Shown one piece after another: positions 8,933 to 18,296 of a stretch of 64,000 nt of DNA. Position numbers and translations under genes: made by a program. Origin of the DNA: Bacilli bacterium (lineage in GTDB: Bacteria; Bacillota_I; Bacilli_A; RFN20; CAG-826); assembly GCA_022641095.1 (NCBI GenBank), contig JALCDB010000006.1, forward strand, positions 3,423 to 67,422. Direction: 5' to 3'. The notes under the pieces were generated by a model. That model was given only the letters and a program-made list of their open reading frames with translations. It did not search any database and was not told the origin of the DNA. Each line of letters opens with the position of its first letter. Position 1 is the stretch's first letter.

Positions 8933-8955
8933 TCATCGAGGTTTTATCACTCATC

Positions 8956-11586
8956 ATGAAACGAAAGCAATTTTCACTCCTTGCCTTAGCCATGGCCACA
9001 TCGTTATTCGCTTGCAAAGCCCCCGATGGAAGTTCGTCCGTCCCCACGAGCGGCGAGGCTTCCTCTTCCGATGGGACCGCCAAGAAACTCGCCGCCCCGA
9101 CCGTAGTTTTGAAAGATTCGATCGTCAGTTGGAACGCCATTCCTAACGCCGATTATTATCACGTCTACATCAATTCCAACGAAAAAGGAGACGTCTTTGC
9201 CACGCGTTACTCCTTGGATTCCTTAACGGAAGCCGGAACTTACCTCATCCAGGTCAGCGCCGATAACAGCGCCCAGGATGGCGTTTGCTCCGATTTGTCC
9301 AATTTGCTTTCCTACACCGTGTCCGCCAAAGACAGCGCGGTCCCCTTAGCCGTGACATCTCTTGGCTCAAAAGCCGATTATACCTATGACGGCACTTGGA
9401 AGAAAGTTACGGACACCGTTTTGAATCGACAACTGCTGAAAGCCGATCTTTGGAGCGGGTTCGTCAATCAGTTCCGTTCCAACGTCGATGGGGATGGATA
9501 CGGTTGGCGCGGCGAATTTTGGGGCAAGATGATGATGGGCGCGACGGCGATGTACGAACAGAGCAAAGACCCCACGCTTTATCAGATTTTGCTGACGACT
9601 TGCAAGGATATTCTGACTACGCAGAGCCCCGATGGCAGAATCTCCAGCTATGGCCGGCTCAGCGAAGACGACTCCAGCGAGTTTTACGGTTGGGATATAT
9701 GGTGCCGGAAATATGTTTTGATGGGACTGGAAAGTTTTTACGACATTTGCCAAGACGAAAACGTGAAAGCCCAGCTTCTGACGGCCATGGAGAGGCACGT
9801 CGATTACATTCTCCGCTACATCGGCCCCGAAACGGGCAAAAAGAGCATCTTGGATTCCTCGTCGCAATGGGGCGGGCTGCCTTCTTGCAGCATCTTGGAA
9901 GGCATCGTCAAACTATATACGCTCAGCAAAGAAGAAAAATATTTGGACTTCGCGAGCTATATCGTCTCTACCGGTGGCTCGAAATTCGGCAACCTGGTTG
10001 CCCAAGCGATCGTCAATACGACGCTTCCTTATCAATGGGGAAGCCCAAAAGCCTATGAACTGACTTCTTTTTTCAACGGTTTGCTGTCCTACTCATTGAC
10101 TACCGGGGACGCGGACTGCCGAACCGCGGCTTTAAACTACGCCGAGGACTTGCTGGATAGCGAGATCACGTTGACTGGCGGCATGGGATGCGCGGGCGAA
10201 GAATTGAATTATTCGGTGATCGACCAAGCCAATCCGGATCGCACGGGAACGATGCTGGAAACCTGCGTCAGCGTCGAATTGCTCCGTTTCTTTTTGAACG
10301 TCTATCAAGCCACGGGCGATGTCCGTTATGTGGATTCGGCCGAACGGACCCTTTACAACGCTTTGATCGGAGCCGTCGACATGGACTGCAACTATGACCA
10401 CGCTTTCACGAGTTATTTCAACCTGGTTTTTGGCATAAAGACTCGCAGCGCGGCCGGCGGAATGCACATGGCGGAGCGCGATTATGGCTGCTGCATTTCC
10501 TTCGGCTCGGCCGGAACCGGGGCGATTCATCGTTACCAGATCGTCGAAAACGGGGCCGATCGCTACTTATTGAATTTTTATTTACCGGGAACGGTTTCCT
10601 TTGCTTTGGCCAGCGGGCAGAAGGTCAAGCTAACCACCGAAACCAATTACCCTTATTCGGGCCTTGTTTCCATGAAAGTTGGCTTGGAAGGACCCGCTGA
10701 ATTCCGTTTGGGTTTGCGCATTCCTTCCTGGTCAAAACAAACGACAATCGCGGTCAATGGCATGGCGCAAACCATCAGCCAATCGGGTTTTGATTACCTT
10801 TTGGAAAGAACCTGGCAAAACGGCGACCTCATAACGATGAAAATGGATATGAACCCCCGCCTTTATTGGGGATCGAGACTTTGCCTCAACAAGAACGCCC
10901 AATACAACGTCGCAATCAATTATGGGCCGTTGGTACTGGCTCGCGATCGTCGGTTGGACGAAGGCAATATCTTCCAAACCATTCATATGAAGACAATCGA
11001 CGGGGCTCCGGTTCTTACCGCGAGCAAAACGGCCGCTTTCTTCACCCAAGCGGAATTTTCCCTTAGCTTAGAAGACGGAACAAACGTGCATCTGATCGAT
11101 TACGCTTCCGCGGGCAAAACATATGACCTCAGTTCCCTTTACACCGTTTTCATGCCCACTACGGATTATTGGAATAAAATCTCTGACATGAGCAAGAAAC
11201 TCGTTCTCGTTTCGGAAGACAACTCCGCTCTAATTTCCTTATCGAGCGACGGCAGCCGGTTCCAGATGGGTGGTTTCTATTACGATCATGAGAACGAACT
11301 CGGCAAATGCGCTTTCAATATCACGGACCGAGGCGATTCTTACTATTCCTTGGATTGGTCCGCAAGCGGATTGTCCTTGACCGCCGACGGCGCCACCGCC
11401 GTTCCGAAAGCCTATGACGGCGGCGATGACCAGCTCTTCAAGATCGATCGTTTGAATCTCGTCTCCTATGCCTTTATCAGCAAGAGCGGAGGCGCTCTTC
11501 TCTCCGTGGATGGCGACGGGCTTAATCTCCATCTCTATTCCGATTGCTCGAGCCCAAAGCAGCGCTGGAAAATCATTAACGCCTAA
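8956..11586 (+). CDS. surface lipoprotein, GH127/GH146-like (DUF1680, beta-L-arabinofuranosidase fold) with an N-terminal Fn3-like and a C-terminal beta-trefoil-like module
   Basis: I use the ATG at 8956 (MKRKQFSLLALAMATSLFAC lipobox) rather than the track start at 8785. The GH127 hallmarks MLETC (Glu-x-Cys) and DYGCC (Cys-Cys) are present, and TLYNALIGAV resembles the family. The C-terminal motif is KQRWKI. Confidence 0.7.
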   Translation: MKRKQFSLLALAMATSLFACKAPDGSSSVPTSGEASSSDGTAKKLAAPTVVLKDSIVSWNAIPNADYYHVYINSNEKGDVFATRYSLDSLTEAGTYLIQVSADNSAQDGVCSDLSNLLSYTVSAKDSAVPLAVTSLGSKADYTYDGTWKKVTDTVLNRQLLKADLWSGFVNQFRSNVDGDGYGWRGEFWGKMMMGATAMYEQSKDPTLYQILLTTCKDILTTQSPDGRISSYGRLSEDDSSEFYGWDIWCRKYVLMGLESFYDICQDENVKAQLLTAMERHVDYILRYIGPETGKKSILDSSSQWGGLPSCSILEGIVKLYTLSKEEKYLDFASYIVSTGGSKFGNLVAQAIVNTTLPYQWGSPKAYELTSFFNGLLSYSLTTGDADCRTAALNYAEDLLDSEITLTGGMGCAGEELNYSVIDQANPDRTGTMLETCVSVELLRFFLNVYQATGDVRYVDSAERTLYNALIGAVDMDCNYDHAFTSYFNLVFGIKTRSAAGGMHMAERDYGCCISFGSAGTGAIHRYQIVENGADRYLLNFYLPGTVSFALASGQKVKLTTETNYPYSGLVSMKVGLEGPAEFRLGLRIPSWSKQTTIAVNGMAQTISQSGFDYLLERTWQNGDLITMKMDMNPRLYWGSRLCLNKNAQYNVAINYGPLVLARDRRLDEGNIFQTIHMKTIDGAPVLTASKTAAFFTQAEFSLSLEDGTNVHLIDYASAGKTYDLSSLYTVFMPTTDYWNKISDMSKKLVLVSEDNSALISLSSDGSRFQMGGFYYDHENELGKCAFNITDRGDSYYSLDWSASGLSLTADGATAVPKAYDGGDDQLFKIDRLNLVSYAFISKSGGALLSVDGDGLNLHLYSDCSSPKQRWKIINA

Positions 11587-11597
11587 GGAGGCCCCCC

Positions 11598-14372
11598 ATG
11601 AACTACCGAAAAAGAATCTTCGTCTTCTTGCTCTCGGGGGCCCTCGTCTCTTGCGGAATCCCTAGTCAAAGCGATTCGACGCCTTTAACAAGTGGGAGCT
11701 CTTCCTCCTCTGCCGTCGTCGACAACCAAAAGGACCTTTTCTTCAAAACGCCGGGTTTCGCCGATTGCGTATACGTGCTTTCCTATTCTTCGCTAAGCGC
11801 CGATGAGTTCGCGATCGCCGGGGCCTTGCAGGGGATTTTGGCGCAGAAGGCCAGCGAATTGTATATCCAGGGAGCCGACGGAGACGATGGAAGCTGGTTC
11901 CAAGCCTGCAAGAGCCGTTATGGCTTCGCCAGTAAAAGCCTCGCTTCGATTTGGGACGCCGTTGACCAATTCTCCTCCCGAATCAAAGGGCAGAAATACG
12001 TCGTCTACGACAGCCAGGCATCCGGGGCTTCCTATAGCGACGATAGCATCAACCAAGCCGCGGTGATCGCCGCTTGCGAAAACTATCTGCCCATACCCTC
12101 TTCTTTGGTGGGCAAAGCCCAGGGGCATGGCCTAAGCCAAGGCGAAGACGCACGGAACTACACAACCAGAACGGTCTTCGAAAAATACAAGGACCGATTG
12201 AATAACGCTTTCTTGATCCATCAGTCCCCCAGCAATTATTTCCTCCGCGATTATGGCATCGCGGGCAAAGCGATGTGCTTCTATTCTTCGACCGATGACT
12301 ATGAGGTTTCCAATGAGATCAAAAGATGGGCGAAGGCCAATGCCCCGATCTTAGGATGGACCGACAACGAGGTCGATTTCGTTTCCTCGAACTCTTTGCT
12401 TTCCAAGATAACTTACGCCGCCGATTATTCGGCCAATCTTTCGTTTTATTCGGCCGCTTCGTACAAAACGTTGACCCAAAGGAAAAACGATAGCCCCATA
12501 ACGCCGGAAAAAGGCAAACATTACGCCGCCATCCTTATGAGCGATGGCGACAACATCCAATGGATGGAAAACGACTTCTCGACGTCCAATAAATACTATG
12601 GTTCCCCGAAGCGGGGCGCTTTCCCGGTCACTTGGACCACGTCGCCCGCCCTTTATGACCTCGCTCCGAATATCCTTAAGGATCTCTACGACAAGGAGAC
12701 CGCCAACGACGACTTCATCGCCGGCCCTTCGGGAGTGGGTTACGTCAACCCTTATGATTACGCTTCTTCTTCCATCGACGAATACGCCGCGAAAACCGCT
12801 TCTTACATGAAGGCCAGCGACCTGCACTGCGTCAACCTGCTCGACGGCGTCGTTCCCGATCCGGAGAACCGCTCCGAAGTCGTTGCCCCATTCGCCAAGC
12901 AAGAGGGGATCGAAGGCGGCGTTTGGTCGCTTGGCGATTACTACCTGGGCGGCAACGGATCCGTGACTTGGTCCAATGACAAACCTTTCGTCTCCGTTCG
13001 CGAGAGTCTATGGCTCGACACTAACGCCACCGATCACAACAAATACTACGGCTATCCGGAACGTATCGCCCAACGGGTGAACGCCTATAGAAAGGATTAC
13101 ACAAAGATCGAAGGCTATTCCGTGATCCTCGCTCACGTTTGGAGCGCTGGCACGATGCAAGGGGTGAGCCGTTTGGCCTCGTGTTTGGACGACGATGTTG
13201 TTTTGGTGAGCGTTCCTCAGTTATTACGGTTGATCAAAGACAACGTCCCCCATAACAACGTCGACACTCTCAATGACATCAAACCAAGCGATTTCGACGG
13301 AAACTTAACCCCGCTTCTTTCCGAGCAATACGACGTCGCGACGCTTAGCGCGGTCACGACCAGCGACACTCGGGTTTTTGCCTTTAGCGACGCCACTTCA
13401 AGCCTTGGTTGGCAGTTAGGAAACGGCGGAGAGCAATATGATTCCTCCCGTTTTGCCGACGCCTCGGGTGGCGGGGCTCCGGCGATCTGCCTCGATGGGT
13501 CCGATTTGGGGAACGTCGCCGATCCCTATCCCAACGCTTGGGCTTATAACCGCTTCGTTTTGTCGAGCGATTCCTCAAGCGACAATTGGCTGAATCTCCA
13601 TTTAGGAGGCTCTTCCGGCAACGTCGATGGGAACTTCCGAGTCAGGGTCTTGGAACTCAATAACGGAAAGATCGTTTCCACGACTTTGGTGTCTCCGGAC
13701 TACACAACCGAGGTCAATGAATTCGGATATTACCTGCACACTTCTTCTTCCCCTGGCCGTTATGCCTTCGACCTCGCTCCCTTCAAGGGGAAAAACGTCA
13801 TCGTTTCCCTTGAGCAAGACGACAGCGGCGAAGGCAGCGGCGAGGCGATCTATTTATATCGGATCAGCATCGACGCCGCGCGCGAGGTGGCGGGCTCAAG
13901 GACTTGGTGGGACAACGAGTATCTCTTTCTGGATTGGAATAAATCCGGAACGGTGGCTCGCCTTCCCGAAGGCGTGTCTTTGGAAGCGAGCAACGGCCCT
14001 TCTTCCATCAGTGACGGGATCGCCATTACGAACGAATTGAAATACTTGAAGTTCTACGTTCGCATGTTCATTCGAAGCGGCACCCAAGCCGATACGTCGC
14101 CCGAGCTTTCCTTCAGCGTGAACGGCACCCAAGTCAAGCCTTTCGGCGTCGAGGGAACGACTCTGACGATCGCGAGCGATTATTATCGTTGCTGCGCCTA
14201 TGATCTGTCCGCTTACGTCGGAACGAAGGCGAAAGTGACCCTCACGTCGCTAAAGGGCGAGCACGCGGCGATTTATTTGGCCAAACAGGACGGCGTTTGC
14301 ACTAACGCCGAGGTGAATTCGCTCTATTCCGAAGCTCAGTTAAAAGAGATGGTTTCCAAGCTCGCGGTTTAG
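11598..14372 (+). CDS. GxGYxYP-family putative glycoside hydrolase, lipoprotein, with C-terminal beta-sandwich-like modules
   Basis: AGGAGG lies 6 nt upstream of the start and the lipobox is LVSCG. The family motifs are ILMSDGDNIQW and AGPSGVGYVNP. The C-terminal module contains SLEQDDSGEGSGE. Confidence 0.75.
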   Translation: MNYRKRIFVFLLSGALVSCGIPSQSDSTPLTSGSSSSSAVVDNQKDLFFKTPGFADCVYVLSYSSLSADEFAIAGALQGILAQKASELYIQGADGDDGSWFQACKSRYGFASKSLASIWDAVDQFSSRIKGQKYVVYDSQASGASYSDDSINQAAVIAACENYLPIPSSLVGKAQGHGLSQGEDARNYTTRTVFEKYKDRLNNAFLIHQSPSNYFLRDYGIAGKAMCFYSSTDDYEVSNEIKRWAKANAPILGWTDNEVDFVSSNSLLSKITYAADYSANLSFYSAASYKTLTQRKNDSPITPEKGKHYAAILMSDGDNIQWMENDFSTSNKYYGSPKRGAFPVTWTTSPALYDLAPNILKDLYDKETANDDFIAGPSGVGYVNPYDYASSSIDEYAAKTASYMKASDLHCVNLLDGVVPDPENRSEVVAPFAKQEGIEGGVWSLGDYYLGGNGSVTWSNDKPFVSVRESLWLDTNATDHNKYYGYPERIAQRVNAYRKDYTKIEGYSVILAHVWSAGTMQGVSRLASCLDDDVVLVSVPQLLRLIKDNVPHNNVDTLNDIKPSDFDGNLTPLLSEQYDVATLSAVTTSDTRVFAFSDATSSLGWQLGNGGEQYDSSRFADASGGGAPAICLDGSDLGNVADPYPNAWAYNRFVLSSDSSSDNWLNLHLGGSSGNVDGNFRVRVLELNNGKIVSTTLVSPDYTTEVNEFGYYLHTSSSPGRYAFDLAPFKGKNVIVSLEQDDSGEGSGEAIYLYRISIDAAREVAGSRTWWDNEYLFLDWNKSGTVARLPEGVSLEASNGPSSISDGIAITNELKYLKFYVRMFIRSGTQADTSPELSFSVNGTQVKPFGVEGTTLTIASDYYRCCAYDLSAYVGTKAKVTLTSLKGEHAAIYLAKQDGVCTNAEVNSLYSEAQLKEMVSKLAV

Positions 14373-14432
14373 CCGTCCGCCCTCTCTTGCGAGGAGCAAA
14401 CCCCTCCCGTCAACATACGATTGATCTTCCTT

Positions 14433-14469
14433 AAAAAGCCTTGCCAGCGGTCGCGGCAAGGCTTTTTTT
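14433..14469. terminator. bidirectional rho-independent terminator between convergent genes
   Basis: The sequence is AAAAAGCCTTGCC-agcggtcgc-GGCAAGGCTTTTTTT, with A-run and T-run flanks. Confidence 0.7.
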
Positions 14470-14480
14470 CGCGAACTCAG

Positions 14481-15440
14481 TCAGACCTTCATCCAAAGCG
14501 CGGCGGCGCCGAGGATGCCGGCGTCGTTGCCAAGGCTCGACACCACGATGTCAACCTTCGGCGAATGGGACCCGCCAAAGCCAAAACCCTGAGAAGCCAC
14601 ATAGGCGACTAACGGCTTCGTCAAAGCTTCTTTCTGCCCGGACAGGCCGCCGCCCAAAACGATGGCGTCAGGACGGAAAACGTTGATGAAGTTCAGACAA
14701 CCCTCGCCTAAGAAGCGAATGTATTGATCCACGACCTTCTGAGCTGAGGGATCACCCTTTTTGGCGCATTCGAAAGCCGTGAAGCCGCTAACTTTGGCGA
14801 TGTCGCCGCCAACGTAACCCCACATCGCCGACTTAGGGTCTTTCCGCATCGCCCCTAAGGTGTCTTTGATCAAGGCGCTCACCGAGGCGTAGGCCTCTAA
14901 GCAACCAAAACGGCCGCAAGTGCATTCGCGGCCATCCATTACCAAAAGGGAGTGGCCAAGCTCAGCCCCCTTGCTCTCGTTGCCTTCATACAACCGGTCA
15001 TTAAGATACAGGCCGCCGCCAACGCCGGTGCCCAAAGTCAGCATGACGACGCTGTGGTAGCCTTTGGCGGCGCCTAAACGAACCTCACCAAGGATCGCCG
15101 CGTTGGCGTCGTTCATGACTTTCGAAGGGATCGAGGTCAGTTTTTCGACGATTGCTACAACGGGAAGGTTTTCCCAACGAAGGTTATTGGAATAATCGCA
15201 ATACCCGGTGGTCGAATTGATCGATCCTGGGCAACCAATTCCGATCCCTGAGATATCTTTCGGGGACAAGGCATTGTCCAAAAGGGTCTTGTTGATCAGT
15301 TTCCCTAACTCCAAAAGGGTCTCCTCGCCACTCTTGCGGGGGTCGATGCGAAAAGAAAAGCGGACAAGCAGTTGGCCTTCTTCGTCCACGATCGCGGATT
15401 TGATGGATGTCCCGCCGATATCAACGCCGATGATTTTCAT
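14481..15440 (-). CDS. ROK-family sugar kinase (gluco/manno/fructokinase type)
   Basis: The N-terminus is MKIIGVDIGGTSIKSAIV and the ROK Zn motif is CTCGRFGCLEAYAS. It has an ATGA overlap with the upstream isomerase gene. Confidence 0.85.
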   Translation of the reverse strand: MKIIGVDIGGTSIKSAIVDEEGQLLVRFSFRIDPRKSGEETLLELGKLINKTLLDNALSPKDISGIGIGCPGSINSTTGYCDYSNNLRWENLPVVAIVEKLTSIPSKVMNDANAAILGEVRLGAAKGYHSVVMLTLGTGVGGGLYLNDRLYEGNESKGAELGHSLLVMDGRECTCGRFGCLEAYASVSALIKDTLGAMRKDPKSAMWGYVGGDIAKVSGFTAFECAKKGDPSAQKVVDQYIRFLGEGCLNFINVFRPDAIVLGGGLSGQKEALTKPLVAYVASQGFGFGGSHSPKVDIVVSSLGNDAGILGAAALWMKV

Positions 15441-16348
15441 AATTTCCTTACCTGAGTCAACACGAATCCCCCACTGCCTTTTAGGCTCCCTTTTTGGCCG
15501 CAGGGAAGAAAGAAAGTGTCGCCTTTATGGTAATCCATCCCCGCGAAAACCCCTTCCCCTGAAATGAAAGTGAGGGAAGCGAAGGACTCTTTCGGGGCTG
15601 CGATTTCGCAAAAATCATTAGCCGCGTACGCATAGGCCTGGAAATACTTCGAAGCCCCGATGCATGGGCGTTTGAAGATAATGGGTCGATACGGTTCAAA
15701 GTCCATGACCAGGAGGGCTTTATCAAGATTCAATTGCCTTGGCTTGCCGTCTTTGCCTAAACGTTTGTAGTCATAGAGACGATAGGTCAAAGTGCTGTTC
15801 TGTTGAATCTCAATGAGAGTGATCCCCTTCCCGATCGCGTGGACCGTCCCCGAAGGGATGAAATAAACCTCCCCCGGCTTCGCTGGGCAAAAATTAAGGA
15901 GATCTACGATCGAATCGTCTCTGACCGCTTTCCGTACCTCCGCCGCCGAGGTCTTTCTCCTGAAGCCAACATAAAGCCCCGCGCCTTCCTCCGCCTCGAT
16001 GACATACCACATTTCGGTTTTGCCATACTGGCCTTCCTTGGATAAGGCGTAATCGTCGCCCGGATGAACCTGAACCGATAGATTATCGGCCGAATCGATG
16101 AGTTTGATTAAGACCGGGAAAAAAGGAAAGCCCGAAGGAACCGGGCCCACGTCCGCCACGGTTGCAACATCCTTCAAATAACGGCCCTCGTCCTTGCCGG
16201 ATGCGATGAGGGATGGACCATCCGGATTGAAAGAAAGTTCCCAACATTCGGCGATGGAGTCGCTAAGAGAGGCCTTGCCCCAACCCTTCAGTTTCGTGCC
16301 GCCCCAAATGTAATCTTTGGTAGCTGGTTTTAGTTTGACGATATCCAT
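15437..16348 (-). CDS. manA: class I mannose-6-phosphate isomerase (cupin)
   Basis: The motifs are LSVQVHPGDDYA, GKTEMWYVI and YFIPSGTVHAIGKG. At about 300 aa it matches the Bacillus-type PMI. Confidence 0.8.
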   Translation of the reverse strand: MDIVKLKPATKDYIWGGTKLKGWGKASLSDSIAECWELSFNPDGPSLIASGKDEGRYLKDVATVADVGPVPSGFPFFPVLIKLIDSADNLSVQVHPGDDYALSKEGQYGKTEMWYVIEAEEGAGLYVGFRRKTSAAEVRKAVRDDSIVDLLNFCPAKPGEVYFIPSGTVHAIGKGITLIEIQQNSTLTYRLYDYKRLGKDGKPRQLNLDKALLVMDFEPYRPIIFKRPCIGASKYFQAYAYAANDFCEIAAPKESFASLTFISGEGVFAGMDYHKGDTFFLPCGQKGSLKGSGGFVLTQVRKL

Positions 16349-16361
16349 TTTTCTTACCTCC

Positions 16362-16376
16362 TAAGCCTTAGGCTTA
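16362..16376. promoter_or_regulatory. 7-1-7 palindrome TAAGCCT-t-AGGCTTA in the divergent manA / membrane-protein intergenic region
   Basis: Read directly, immediately upstream of the manA RBS. A weaker GGAAA-N5-TTTCC dyad lies at about 16410-16424. Confidence 0.3.
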
Positions 16377-16476
16377 TCAACGAAACGCTATTTGGAATCC
16401 CTTCAGATTGGAAATGGTTTTTCCCCTCATAAAACCATGGGACAAACACAGGTGGAATGGTAAACTATTGGCGAGA

Positions 16477-17328
16477 ATGAAGAAGTCTGATTTTCTAAGC
16501 AAACTGATCATCGGCGGGGAAGAGGGGGAGCGCCTTCCTTCTTTTCGAAAAGAGCAGTTTTTGTATATCGTTCGGGACCATTACGTCTTGGTTTTCCTGT
16601 CAGGGTGGCTACTGTTTTTGTTCGTTCTACCCGCTTTGGGTTATCAAGTTTATATGAGTTACCAACTCTCCTTGATATCCGACCCCACCACCTCGGATTT
16701 GCTGTCTTGGAGTCTTACCGCTTACGGGGTGATGATTCCTCTCGTCGCTCTTGTTTTCCTTGGTTTGTGCGGCGATTTTTGCCTTCTTTCCCAATTTGTC
16801 AAAGGCCGCTCCGCCACTTTGGGGACCTTCTTCCGCGGGATTAAGGAGAATTGGGCGCGTTCCCTCTTTTTGGGGCTCCTTTGCGGCCTCGCCCTGTTCT
16901 TGTCCGTTTTCTCCTATATCTACTACGCGAGAAGCGTAAACAATCTTCCGCTACGCTATTTCGCCAGCGCTTTCACACTGTTCATTGGGTTCCTTTTGGT
17001 CTCTTTCAGCCTCTATGCCTTAGGGGTTCAGGTCCACTATAGGAATCCCTTCGGCGCTTATCTTGGCACTTCGCTTCGGCTTTTCGCCAAGCGGATGCTT
17101 CCCGCCTGCGCAATGAGCTTCTTGATTGTGGGGGGGTTCGTAGGCCCAGCCTTGTTAAAAGGGGGTTGGCAGTTTGGCGCATATCTCATTGTCTTCTTCC
17201 TGTTTATGCCGCTCCTTTGCCTCGGCTACAACGAATATCAGGCGTTCGCGTTCGACAAAGACGTGAACCAAACGCTCTTCCCCAATCATTTTCGGGAAGG
17301 GCTCGATCGGCACAAACCTAAAGAATAA
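16477..17328 (+). CDS. multi-pass membrane protein, DUF624/YesL-like
   Basis: It has several hydrophobic helices, and FFRGIKENWARSLFLG resembles the YesL-family signature. I prefer the ATG at 16477 over the track's TTG at 16408. Its 3' end overlaps the convergent HAD gene by 11 nt. Confidence 0.5.
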   Translation: MKKSDFLSKLIIGGEEGERLPSFRKEQFLYIVRDHYVLVFLSGWLLFLFVLPALGYQVYMSYQLSLISDPTTSDLLSWSLTAYGVMIPLVALVFLGLCGDFCLLSQFVKGRSATLGTFFRGIKENWARSLFLGLLCGLALFLSVFSYIYYARSVNNLPLRYFASAFTLFIGFLLVSFSLYALGVQVHYRNPFGAYLGTSLRLFAKRMLPACAMSFLIVGGFVGPALLKGGWQFGAYLIVFFLFMPLLCLGYNEYQAFAFDKDVNQTLFPNHFREGLDRHKPKE

Positions 17329-18295
17329 ACGGCAAGAGGCTCAAGAGGTCTTTTTCAAAGCCGGCGCACAGGGCTTTCGTTCCGCTGGAAACGATATTGC
17401 CGCCATCGACTCCGAGAACGGTGAAGCCAGCCAAGCGGATCGAGCAAACGCCCGCCCCGCTATCCTCAATGCCAACGACTTGATTATGTTCGTTCGCTTT
17501 GATGCCAAGGCCGACGATACCGGTTTCGGCATAAAGCCAAGGATGCGGTTTGGGGGATAGTTCGCCAAGCGTGCCGACCTGACCTTTTTTAAGTTGGGTT
17601 CCCGCCGAAATGATGCAATCGTAAAAATCTCGAGGATCGCCCATATTCAGACTTTGGAAGGCGCCGCAGATTTCGGGCCAGGCCTTTTCGAATAAGCCCG
17701 AAGTGACGAGACCGATTTTGATGCCGCGTTTTTTTAGAGCCAGCAAAAACTCTTTAAGACCGGGCGCTGGAACAAAAGCGTTCTTCTTGCCCTGGCCTTT
17801 GGCGATGAGATCCATCTCGCGATGGGTGTGTTCAAAGTAATAAGAACGGGCTTCGTTGAGGCTGGCGCACGGCGCGTATTTGTTGATGCAGTATTGCAAA
17901 TGCTCCGACACGCTGTGGCCAGAAACGTTCGGCAAATCGTCTTCGTTCAAATGGAAGGAAGGGTCCTTCAATAGGCTTTGCATCGTCAACTCAATGATCC
18001 AAACCCAAAACTCCTCGCTCTTGACCGAAGTGCCATCGAGATCCATCAAAACATACTTGATCGGTTTCTTTTCGTGGACGGGCGCGATCGGATAATAGGC
18101 ACCGATGCCAACAAGCGAAGGAACATAGGCGATTGTGTAGTTCGAGTAACAATGGAACTCGACCTTACGATCGCCTGTCGCGAAAATGGCGATGACGCCA
18201 TCCCGCCCTTTTTTGTGCAGGCCATCAAGTGAGGCCTCAAGAGGGGTAAAGCCAGCATCATCGGGGAAATCCCCAATGTCAGGAATGTGAATCAT
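17318..18295 (-). CDS. HAD-IA family hydrolase (beta-phosphoglucomutase/phosphatase-like) with an ~85-aa N-terminal extension
   Basis: The HAD motifs are LMDLDGTS, GLVTSG and GIEDSGAGV. It starts 1 nt after the GH38 stop. Confidence 0.7.
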   Translation of the reverse strand: MIHIPDIGDFPDDAGFTPLEASLDGLHKKGRDGVIAIFATGDRKVEFHCYSNYTIAYVPSLVGIGAYYPIAPVHEKKPIKYVLMDLDGTSVKSEEFWVWIIELTMQSLLKDPSFHLNEDDLPNVSGHSVSEHLQYCINKYAPCASLNEARSYYFEHTHREMDLIAKGQGKKNAFVPAPGLKEFLLALKKRGIKIGLVTSGLFEKAWPEICGAFQSLNMGDPRDFYDCIISAGTQLKKGQVGTLGELSPKPHPWLYAETGIVGLGIKANEHNQVVGIEDSGAGVCSIRLAGFTVLGVDGGNIVSSGTKALCAGFEKDLLSLLPFIL

Positions 18296-18296
18296 G

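Noticed and set aside
17318-17328. The 11-nt convergent overlap between the membrane-protein gene and the HAD gene, considered as a possible regulatory feature.
   Set aside because: Short convergent 3' overlaps are common in compact genomes, and I saw no associated structure or motif.
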